Assembly (NCBI GenBank): GCA_010405405.1
Contig: MU004238.1
Location: 569,530 to 633,529 of the forward strand
Origin: Microthyrium microscopicum
Taxonomy: Eukaryota
Reading direction: 5' to 3'
Length of the DNA stretch: 64,000 nucleotides
Both the position numbers and the translations under genes were made by a program. Numbering within the stretch: position 1 is the stretch's first letter; the number at the start of each line of letters is the position of its first letter. Shown one piece after another: positions 35,579 through 45,404 of the stretch. The notes beneath the pieces are model-generated. The model was given only the letters and a program-made list of their open reading frames with translations. It made no database searches and had not been told where the DNA came from.

Positions 35579-38500
35579 CTACGGCTTTTTCACATCCTCT
35601 CCCCATCGTAATCTCATCGTAGACGTTGCTGGACTTTCTTGCTGCGTGAATCGAATGTTGCGTTCTGGGACAGCTGACGATGCTTCGCCTGAAGGAGCCG
35701 GTTGATGTTTCTTGGGCTCTCTGAATCCAGTGCCAGCTTCATCATCGGAGCTATCGTCTTCCTGCGTCAATCCAAGAGCGTTTTGACGACGGCGCTTTTC
35801 AGCTGCCGTCTCTGCTTCCTCGAGATAGCTGTGATGCGATTCAGTAGGCGACAAAGGATTGGCTGCTGGTCGCGGTGGACTAGACCGCGGACCAGCAGAG
35901 CTTGACTTTGGTGGAGTGTCGTCTATGCCTTCATCGTCTGCATCAGACTCGGTGTCGACGTCCTCTACAGGCATTGGTGGTCGCTTGGGGCTGAAACCTC
36001 GGCGTCGTCGTTGAGCAGCAGTCTCTCGACCACCTCTATCGAATGCAAAGTTGGCCAGAGAGTCGGCGACAGGGTGATCAGGAACCGTCTCGGTGGTCTT
36101 GACATGGTCTAAACTCCCTTCAGATGAGCTGTTCAGTCGATCACCACGCATAGCTTCGTCAACAGCGTCTGCGCGTCTATGGACCTCTCGTTTCAGTCCG
36201 TCGGAAGTGTCCTGCTTGTCTACAACATGAGCTCGCGTGCGTGTATCCATTTTAGCAAGCTGTTGAATAAATTCCTTCTTCTTGAGTCGCGGACCACCTG
36301 CAGCCAATGTGAAGCGAATTCCTTCGTCATCTTCCGTGGGAGCTACATCAAACGGTTGACGCGCAGATGGTTCTCCTGTTTGCTGTTCTTGCGGTTTTGC
36401 TGATGAAGTTGGATTGGCTCCGAAATAGGTTCCCATTCGTTGCATGCCCATTCGTGAAAGCATATCTCGAGTTCCTTTGCCAGCTGCTTCGCTTGTGCTT
36501 TTATGACGTTCAACTCCTGCTCTTGACGGGATCTGGTAGGTCTTGATCACTTCTCCATCCTCGTCTTCTACAATAACGGTGTTACCGAAAGTATAGGCGC
36601 GAGCCGGTCCGTGGCGAGTTTCTCTGGTAGGCAAAGTAGGCCGTCTTTCTCTTTCCTGCTCTGCAGTCGGGCGAGATGAGAATGGGGCAGCGAAGCTTCC
36701 CATGCGATGGCGCCAGTCCAGCCGATGGGGCCGATGTTCTTCCGCCTTGTGGTCATCGCCCTTGTCTTGTTCATGTTGTGCCTTTTTAAGACCCTTTTCT
36801 AGATCTCTTTCCATGTTCTCTTGCGCATCGCGTTGTGCGCGCCTCTTGGTAGTACCTTCAGATTCGCCTTCTCGGTGATGTTCCATGTTTACGACTTCAC
36901 CTTCTTGGTCCTCAACAATGAAATCTTGACCTTCTTGATAGATATCATCCTGTGGTGGCGGTGAAGGTGACTGTGGTGAGCCCTGCTCTGTATCAGATGA
37001 AGGATCCTGATCAGCCAAATCACCCGTATCAGTTTCGTTGCGTAGCCTTGAAGCTGGGGTGATTGCAGATTGACTGATGGGTCCACCGGGTCCTCTACCC
37101 GTATCCCACCGGCGTTTGCGTGTCTTTCGACCAGCTCTGCTGGACGATCTTGAGGGATTGTCTTCTTCTTGTTGCCTACGCAAGAAGTTTCGGGGTATGC
37201 TCGAAGGCGAGAGTGGCGTCCCATCAGGATTCTTCTCGTCCAATGAAACTTGAGACGATTCTCCAGGTCTTCGAAGAGACATGGAACTCTTTGAGCGAGA
37301 AGTTGCAATACGAGGCAGACGGTCCATCCAGTTTGGTCCATCTTCGACGGCTGTCGTGTACGAGAAGGTCAGTGTCAGCGTATTGATGTGCTTTCCGAGA
37401 GTGAAGACTGCAATAGAGGATCCATGTATTATTATGGACGTGAGAACCAGAAATGTTGTGATCGGCCAAATCATCGCAATGATATTGTAGTGCTCGTTGT
37501 CTTTCGGGAGTTTAGCTAGTGGAGTAGTGGTTTCATTCTCAAGTTCTGCTCGAGCCAGAATTGCGACAAAGATGGCGCCTACACCAATTGGTCCAAAGTG
37601 GCCCGCGAAAAGAGCTTCTCTCCACGTTTTGATGTCCGGAATGATTGGCTTGAGCATCATCATGATTGGAATGCGACGAAATAGGATAACAAATATTGCA
37701 ACGACTACTAGCCTCCATGGAGTGATTCCAGTGGCATCACTACTAAATTGAGCCCAAGGAATTATCGTTCCAAAGTAAACGAAAAAGGCCAAATTGATCA
37801 GTAAATCGATAACGTTAGAGACATGGGTCTCTTCGGTTTTCTCTTGGAACCAGCCATCGTTACTGAAGCCCACGCCGCAGGCAAAGCCTACCAGAAGATC
37901 GTCAATGCCTAGAATGCTGCCAGATCCGGCACAGAAGAGGGCCAGAACAAAGTAGAACACGAGAAAGCTTTCGCGATCAACAAGGTCGTGATCATGTGCG
38001 TATCGAATTGCTCGTCTCGCGCCATATCCTACAGCCACGCCATAGACAGCACCGAATATACACTCATACAAAACTGTGTACGCGATGAAATGAAATGCGA
38101 CTGGGCCAGCTGCAAGTTTGTAGCGAATCAGATATATGGACAAATAGATGAAAGGAAATGCCATGCCATCGTTGCAACCTGACTCTGCGGAGAGTAGATC
38201 ACGCAGATGCTTTGGAACTCGCTTTGCAAACTTGCCCTTACCGACGACGGAGGAAGCCAGAACGGGATCGGTAGCTGTAACACATGCGGCGATGCATAAG
38301 CTGTCTAGCCAATTGAGGTGGCCCAAGAACATCCACCAGATGAACAGACTGGTCATAAGCCAGCCAAAAGTCATGACGGGAATTAAAAGTAGCGTAACAG
38401 ACTTCCAATGCCGTTCCATGTAGGCTTTTGGCAATTCGACACCGACGGCAAAACATTGCACGACCAGAACAATCCGGGAGAATTCCAGAGTGATCTGATC

Positions 38501-38701
38501 AGTATTCCCCCAGTCCAAAGGATTGATTAGATTTGCAGCTATGGGTCCAAAAATGATCCCGCACAGCGTTGCTACAGTGGCTTCACCAATGTAGAGCTTT
38601 TCCTTGATGATAGACGAACACAGCATAAAGATACTAGTGAAGCCTCCAAGGATGATATAAACCAGATGCGGTTTGTTGATATCGAGATGTTCCCAAGCCA
38701 T
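35579..38701 (-). CDS. NHA1: Plasma-membrane Na+(K+)/H+ antiporter
   Basis: Multi-pass hydrophobic N-terminal half with TATDPVL, ESGCNDG, DDLL and GHFGPIGVGA, followed by a long hydrophilic C-tail. Confidence 0.96.
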   Translation of the reverse strand: MAWEHLDINKPHLVYIILGGFTSIFMLCSSIIKEKLYIGEATVATLCGIIFGPIAANLINPLDWGNTDQITLEFSRIVLVVQCFAVGVELPKAYMERHWKSVTLLLIPVMTFGWLMTSLFIWWMFLGHLNWLDSLCIAACVTATDPVLASSVVGKGKFAKRVPKHLRDLLSAESGCNDGMAFPFIYLSIYLIRYKLAAGPVAFHFIAYTVLYECIFGAVYGVAVGYGARRAIRYAHDHDLVDRESFLVFYFVLALFCAGSGSILGIDDLLVGFACGVGFSNDGWFQEKTEETHVSNVIDLLINLAFFVYFGTIIPWAQFSSDATGITPWRLVVVAIFVILFRRIPIMMMLKPIIPDIKTWREALFAGHFGPIGVGAIFVAILARAELENETTTPLAKLPKDNEHYNIIAMIWPITTFLVLTSIIIHGSSIAVFTLGKHINTLTLTFSYTTAVEDGPNWMDRLPRIATSRSKSSMSLRRPGESSQVSLDEKNPDGTPLSPSSIPRNFLRRQQEEDNPSRSSSRAGRKTRKRRWDTGRGPGGPISQSAITPASRLRNETDTGDLADQDPSSDTEQGSPQSPSPPPQDDIYQEGQDFIVEDQEGEVVNMEHHREGESEGTTKRRAQRDAQENMERDLEKGLKKAQHEQDKGDDHKAEEHRPHRLDWRHRMGSFAAPFSSRPTAEQERERRPTLPTRETRHGPARAYTFGNTVIVEDEDGEVIKTYQIPSRAGVERHKSTSEAAGKGTRDMLSRMGMQRMGTYFGANPTSSAKPQEQQTGEPSARQPFDVAPTEDDEGIRFTLAAGGPRLKKKEFIQQLAKMDTRTRAHVVDKQDTSDGLKREVHRRADAVDEAMRGDRLNSSSEGSLDHVKTTETVPDHPVADSLANFAFDRGGRETAAQRRRRGFSPKRPPMPVEDVDTESDADDEGIDDTPPKSSSAGPRSSPPRPAANPLSPTESHHSYLEEAETAAEKRRRQNALGLTQEDDSSDDEAGTGFREPKKHQPAPSGEASSAVPERNIRFTQQESPATSTMRLRWGEDVKKP

Positions 38702-40212
38702 TGTGAATGAGAACGAAAGTCGTCTTAAGTGTTCTAGGTAGGTCTTTTAGGTAGGCGATAGAGGATCCGAGTGTAGAGGTGGAAGCGGGAATCTTGGATC
38801 CAGCGTTCTCCCCAATTGTTCGACAGGAAATTGAAGTTTTATCGGCTGCATGTACGTTGCGGTCGCGCCCAGTCGCCGCTCCTAAAGGCCTATAGAGGCA
38901 AGTGAAGGAATGGAGTGATAGGTAAAAAGAGAGAATCGGTTGGGACTTGGAGAAATGTCTGGAATCGTGGAATTCACGGTAATGAAGTCGAAAACGAGGA
39001 GGAGTTGGAGGCTAAGATTTTGTGGCGGAAGGAGCGGGAGAGGCAGATATGATGAATTTGCAGTTGCATACGGTGCGTGTGGGCGAGAAGGGTAGAAGAG
39101 GAGTCACGACAGACTCAACGAGGGTATTCGACGCGTGAGAGTGAAGAGATTGAAGGTGTGTACTCGTGGTATTGGCTATGAAGGGTGTTGATAGATGGGG
39201 TGCAGTATTTCACATGCACTGAAGGGGTGCGACCGACGTGCAGGAGAAACAGCGACAATGGCGTTAAGTCGAAGGATCAGCGCGTCTGAGGAGTGGGGGC
39301 CTTGTAGATGGCGTGGAGGTCTGGCCTTGAGAAACGAGAAGTACCTGTGGGCCTTGAGGCTATTTAACAGGCGATGTAGTAGCAAAAGAAGGAGGTGGAT
39401 GAGAAATGGAGAGTAGAGAGAAAAGTGATGATGGAGAGATAGAAGAGATAGAAGAGGAGAAGGTTGAAGAAAAAGCTGAAGAAAATATCAAGATCGGAAA
39501 TGTTAAAAGGCTAATGTCTAGAGTACCAAGAATTTTACTACCATCTTAGTTGTTACCATCTCCCTGCCATGAACTACTGTTACCTCCATTCAATGCTCGT
39601 GTATATCCTTCCATCCATTGGATTCAATCAATTCATGTCCCAGGAAACCATATCCCGGTCGTTGAATGCCAAAAAGTTGCCAAGATCCCAAGCCGGAATG
39701 ATTATGCAAGTCAGCCTTTTAGTTTTCCTATCCTCCGCATCTGGATCTTCCCCATCGCTCTTTTTTCTACCGAGATCAATCGATTGAGAGCGACGCGCAT
39801 GGTCCAAGAGCAAGGACAGTGGTGTCATTGATAATAAAAGGTACTGGTACAGGGTTTCATTGTGGTCCGTGGTGTTTGCAAACAAAAAAGTTTCCCTAAA
39901 TCCTCGCACAGCCAAAAGTCAACACCGACTTTTGCCGTCTAGAGCCCTATCTCGACTTTTTAAAAGACCAGCCTATCATATCTCATCTCCCGCGGAAGCA
40001 ATGCCGTCCATAAAAAATGCACAGTGAACGTTACTGCAAGCCAATGCCCACTTATGCACCATTTCGTCATGTGCCAACAACCCCAATCCCTGTCCATCAA
40101 CAACCCTCCTGGCCCCTCGCTTAACCATCCCCATCACTATCTGATCTTAGCATCTTACTCATGGCCTGTCATGAGTGATGGGTAACTTATACGAGTCTGT
40201 CCTGTCACCAGC

Positions 40213-42144
40213 ATGGCCGAGGCATTGGCCGCACTAGGCGTCGTCGCCTCCGTCGCCCAATTAGCCGACTACGGCTTCAAACTCAGCATCAAACTATTCG
40301 CCTATGGCCAATCTGTCTACAAGGCTGACAGGGCCATCAAAAGCATCTCCAATGAAGTCTCCCTGACTTCTGCTGTGCTCCGCGAACTAGGACATGTGCT
40401 CGAGGCAGACCAGACCCACTATGTCTCTGGGCGGGCCATCGAGGCTACGCAGACGACGGTCCAGGAGTGTTTTGTGGTGTTTGATCAGTTGAATGGGATT
40501 TTGGAGAAGAGCATGGGATCTACGGGCTTTGAGAAGGAGGGTGACGTTGTTAAGATTTCGACGTTGGAGAAGTTGAAGTGGCCGTTTGTTCAGCCAAAGA
40601 TGGATTTGATGAGGGGAAATTTGGATAGGTTGAAGGCTTCTTTGACTTTGATGCTTCAAGTTTTGAGCTTTGCTCGAGATGTATCGAAACAGTCTGTTTT
40701 CTCTCTTCGCTGCTGTTGATACAATCTAACATGGAGTAGAAAGCAAGCAGACTTGTCAGCCGGGGCACAGCGAAAGCTCATTGAAAGCCTCGCCAAGTCA
40801 GAACAAGAAGCTATTGATCGATATGAGGCACTTCAACATCGGTTCGAACAATCCACTGCTGGGGCGAGAGCGCCAGGCCCAAGTCTTGGAGCTGACTCCC
40901 ATAACAACAGTCCACCTCCGCCCTACGTATCCACCAACGCACTTCCCTCAGCACCAACGGGTGATCTCGGACTTACTGGCACTGATACCTTGTCTGGATC
41001 ACAAATTGGAGAGTTGGTTCTCTCGTTAAACTTGATGAAGCATATGCTCTCCAGAGTCAGCCAAGACGTCACCCCAGCCAGCTTTTCTGCTCTCTCGGAA
41101 GAAGTGAGACTTGCAGAAATGAGTGAATCTAAACGACTTCGGCAAACTTATGGATCCAAGGCATATGAGCTACTGTTCAAGGCCGCGGAGGACGTGATCG
41201 AAGTACAATCGTATATTCAGGAGCTGGCATCTTCATATCCCCAATTGGTGCCTTCTGAATCTGTTCAACTAGGAGAAATGGTACCTTCTAGTTCTGCCGC
41301 ACCAGAGCCCAGAGCCGCTAGCACGCAAAGCATTAGCTATGACCTCGAGGAGGTTGCAATTGTTCCTCAAAGAAGATCTGGCAGAGGAGGCAGAGGGAGT
41401 ACGCGGTCACACACGGAACCACTTAAACCGGTCCCCAGGATCATTTCGGCTCCTCCGCCGCCCGAAGAGAACCCAAGTGCTGAAGATGCCAGGAAGCGCA
41501 AGGCGAAAGAGAAACGTCCCCAACAAGCTACTGTCGAGGATGAAAATGCCGACGAGGAGACTGAGGGTGATGCTAGCGCTGCAGGCATCGAATTCGAAGA
41601 AAACTATAGCGGCCTTGAAATTGATCTGGCCGATCTACCACCTTTAAGAGTCAGCCGGCCCATTGCCGCATGTCGACGGTGCCGCGATGATGGAATCAAG
41701 TGTGATGGCAAACTTCCTGCATGCTCGGCATGCGAAAGATCAGGACATGCCGACCAGTGTTTGAGGAACAACACTCAATCTGCCCCAGGCATGGAATCCG
41801 CTGTGCCTTACTCGCTCAGCGAAGAGATTGTAGTGGAACAGCCGATTACTGTCGAATACAGTGACAGTGTACCAGTTCTTGAGAGTAGCGATGAGCCTGG
41901 TGCAAGTTTACAGCGCTCGAGGACTAGGGATGACATTGTTGATGAATTGCTGGCTAGATGGACCAACTTGGACAACAACGCTATGCATATCACGGGACCT
42001 TTTGCGCCCTCGAATTGGTCTCAAGAGCATATGGGACGATCGACTGATCCAGTTGATGGTCTGAAAGTCCCAGGGTACTATCCTCCTGATGACCTAGCAG
42101 AGACTCCATCAATCAGTCCTGGTCTGTCGGATCCTTTCGAATGA
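40213..42144 (+). CDS. HeLo-like (fungal STAND N-terminal, Helo_like_N/SesA-type) protein with an internal Zn2Cys6 motif, 627 aa
   Basis: Exon 1: MAEALAALGVVASVAQLADYGFKLS...LEKLKWPF...LDRLKASLTLMLQVL. A 48-nt intron 40692-40739 (GTCTGT...CTAAC...TAG) joins exon 2 in frame. Exon 2 has C-x2-C-x6-C-x6-C-x2-C-x8-C at 41671-41760. Confidence 0.75.
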
Positions 42145-42242
42145 CATGCATCGTAAAAGACTTTGTAGTAATAGTAATACATTGAGGGGTATCTATCTCC
42201 AAACAATTCACATCAATCTCTAAATCTATGTATCATACACAT

Positions 42243-43364
42243 CTAAAAGTCCGCCGTTGAAGCAGCAAGCGAATGTTTAACCTGACCAGCCAACCGACTT
42301 CTCAACTCCTTTACATCAGCAGACGGATCCCACAATCCCCTCTCCACCGTCGCCATAATCAATTCCTCCTCATTCAACGCCGCCACCCCTTTCTGCCCCA
42401 GCAGCAAATCGTCTTGAAGCAAGTACTTCAAATACGGCTGCGCAAACCCTTCCATCGACCACCCAGGTAACATCCGATACGGAATCCACGCTGGCGTCAA
42501 CCCATGAAATTCCGCACTATACCGAAACCAAAACTCCTGCGGCATCTGATCTGTCGGGAAAATCTCCCACCTCTTCTGCACCATCTGCTGCCGTTCAAAC
42601 ACCTTCGTCCTATGCGCCTCTGCCTGGCTCGGCAACCGCACCGTATACGGCAACGCAGGCACGATACGCGTCTTCAACCCGAACATTATTAAAGGTAGAA
42701 ATTCTCCGAATACGCATAATAGGACGACGAATATAGGCACCCGTCGTAAATCGTGCATGTTTCGCCGTATCAGCTGGAACTCTGCGCGCGTCCCGTGGTG
42801 GAAGCCGGCGGGGTCTTTGCGTTTGCTGTCAGGATCGTTGCGTTCGGCCTGGCGCAGGCGCTCTTGGATGGGCTGGGCGAACTGGCGGTTGGACCAGATT
42901 GCTTTGAGGCCGGTTTTGTAGAAGGTGAAGTAGGAGCGCGCCGTGCGGAAGAGGTGGCCTGGTGTTGAGTCGTCGGCTTTGCGGACGGGGAGTTTTAGGG
43001 GTGGTGGGCGCGTGGTTGAGGGTGGATTGTATTCGTCGCTAGGGGATGTAGCGACTTGCGTTTCGGGGGTTGCCGGGGCGGGGATTGGGAGTTTGGTTTC
43101 TGAGGGTGCTGGTGGGAGGGGTTTTGATTGCTGAGATTCTGTGCTGTAGTTTTTGTATGTCTTTTGTGGTGGTCGACGTATGGATTGGCTTGGGCTTGGG
43201 GTAGCTCCTGTATGTAAACATCGTAGTGTTTGTGTGGGTTTAGATATTATGAGAGCTCTATTAATCGATATGCAGAAGCTGTTACTCGGCGATGGATGTA
43301 GACCGAGCCCCAAAAGAGGTCTCGACCGGGAAAACACGTTCATGATGCTTTGTGAAGGGTTCAT
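42243..43364 (-). CDS. LETM1/Mdm38-like mitochondrial inner-membrane protein
   Basis: R/S/L-rich presequence-like N-terminus, FYKTGLKAIW, TRAEFQLIRRNMHDLRRVPIFVVLLCVFGEFLPL, YLLQDDLLL...LNEEELIMATVERG. Start is 43364 or 43343. Confidence 0.75.
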   Translation of the reverse strand: MNPSQSIMNVFSRSRPLLGLGLHPSPSNSFCISINRALIISKPTQTLRCLHTGATPSPSQSIRRPPQKTYKNYSTESQQSKPLPPAPSETKLPIPAPATPETQVATSPSDEYNPPSTTRPPPLKLPVRKADDSTPGHLFRTARSYFTFYKTGLKAIWSNRQFAQPIQERLRQAERNDPDSKRKDPAGFHHGTRAEFQLIRRNMHDLRRVPIFVVLLCVFGEFLPLIMFGLKTRIVPALPYTVRLPSQAEAHRTKVFERQQMVQKRWEIFPTDQMPQEFWFRYSAEFHGLTPAWIPYRMLPGWSMEGFAQPYLKYLLQDDLLLGQKGVAALNEEELIMATVERGLWDPSADVKELRSRLAGQVKHSLAASTADF

Positions 43365-43699
43365 CAAACCAGATGATATCTGGCTTTTTGGCTGGATTGA
43401 GGAAGCGCAAGTATAACGGGGAGCTTTGCTGCAAAGCTTCAAACCGTAAAAGATTCGTAATCCATTCGAGAAGGTGCGGAAAGAAAATCAAATCACTGCG
43501 ACATGTGGCAGACGAGATGTCGTGAGAAAAATTATCAGGTTTGATAGAGTAACAAATTATCCATGAGCCGTTGTTTTAAATAGCCCCCTTTCTCCTGCAT
43601 ATTGCCCCTCCCCTTTTGAGACTCCCTCGCTTCATCTTTTTGATATCCAACCACTCACTGACCCTTTCGTCTGTTCTTCGTCCATTGTTTTGCCACCAC

Positions 43700-44238
43700 T
43701 CAAGCGCAAAGTGTCACTAGGATTGGTCCAGGACTATAGCAACATTCAGCAGTGGTTACGAGCAGTCAGGTTCAAAACTTACGCGCAGGCAACAACATCG
43801 ATTCCACCAGGATCCCGACCCGCTGGCCACTCAAGATCACAGTTTTGGCCATGTACCGTTATCTTGCCTGGAGCGAAAGGCGCTGAATCACGTGGAACAT
43901 TGGAGATACTCAAGCTACAATTGAATCAGTTCTGAGAATTGCCTCTGTCCAAATCAAGGAACTTACAAGGTACCTGGACCGCTAACCGTGTATCCAATGT
44001 TCAGGATCTGGCTCCAATTTGGTGGACCTCCGAACTTATTGGGAGTCAATTTGATAGCGCGACCAGCGTCCAATTTGTCCTCGTTATAGGTGCCCTGTGG
44101 TCCAATGTAACCCGAGCCATCTATGCCACCTCCAGCCCTGACAGATTGGTCAAAGGTACCGAAGGGGCAATTGTTGGCAATTGTTATGCTGGCTAGGAGA
44201 CCAGCGGGGAAGAGGGAGACGATGAGCGCGAGACGCAT
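43700..44238 (-). CDS. Small secreted Bys1/thaumatin-like protein, 3 exons
   Basis: Signal peptide MRLALIVSLFPAGLLA, then ITIANNCPF...GRAIKLT...ILNIGYT. Two GTAAGT...TAG introns give FLSISNV...PF...VVACA|PGPILVTLCA*. Confidence 0.72.
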
Positions 44239-45404
44239 GTTGAGATTTGGACTATCGTGGTGGTTATTAACAACTGTTGCTTGCAGGCTTATTATTGCTG
44301 GATGATCTTCCTCCAAAGACTGCGTCCCATGGCCCAGTTTTATATCCACAACGATCACCCAGGTTGACACTCCTCTCCTCAGCACACATAGCATCCATTG
44401 ACCGCCTTGAACAAACTCTGGTCGTCCAAACATGTCATATCTCCCAGCTGTCATACCGCACTTGCCATGCAATCCAACGTCCACGAGATCATGCGGGTCG
44501 CTCTGCATGGCAATCGATGCAACAGGCAGATATGCTCTATCGACAAGCTAGACACATCTAATTCAACGATTGATGCACTGTATGGCCACTCTAGGTTCGT
44601 TACACCGTGCAAGTTGCAACGAGTTGCATGGCTTGATGGAGTCTAGGTCTGCAAACCTTTCTGTCAACGTGATGGCATTGATTCCAACGGAAGGGTTTTG
44701 AAATCTCACCGCCTTTATGAACAAGAACAAGGAACCACTGCTCTATTGATGCTCTGTCAATGCTCTTCCAATGGTGTACGCTCGACCACCCATCAACCGC
44801 GGCAGTTCTGGCTAGAGAATACCTGGTCAGGAGCCACAAAATCGATATACTGAAACAAATGTACCGAAGCAGCTATTGAAGACCTGGTTGCCAGCGTCAT
44901 CGAGAATGGCTGATTGTAGATGCCGAGATCTGTATACAGAGAAGTGCACTGTGTTGCCATAGCAGCCTTGTCGCACCTTGCATTGATGGCTGTAACGACT
45001 TTGAGTAACGTAACAGCCGTTTTCTTTGCCAAAGAGTCTATGCTAGTAACTCTTCAGCAAGGGAAAGCAAACCGGACGGTGTGTGCTTTCTAGTCATCTT
45101 CCCTGTGCAAGATCCAGCTGCATCTGATATCGTATAGAGACGTTAGTGGTGGCATCACTTGTTATTGTGAACTATTGGAAAAGAGCTACGCCAACCTACG
45201 CGTTGATGAAGGTGGGTTTGGGAGTAAGGAGAGTATTTTCATCTGCTACCTAATTATAAACTATGATGGCACAAAAGCCAAAGAGGGTATCACATCCTTA
45301 ACAAAGGCAACCAATCGATAACATGTAAGGGGAAATAAGATGCCCGTCATGTGCGTTAATTCGAGATCAGAGCCACATCACTTCATCCATATTGCGAATT
45401 ATGG

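Noticed and set aside
40990..41012. SGSQIG as a RHIM/PP-type amyloid motif in the HeLo-like protein
   Set aside because: Lacks the flanking N/G pattern, runs straight into a predicted helix, and no partner NLR gene is in the window.
44277..45032. Short ORFs upstream of the Bys1-like gene
   Set aside because: No recognisable domain or consistent frame; treated as intergenic.
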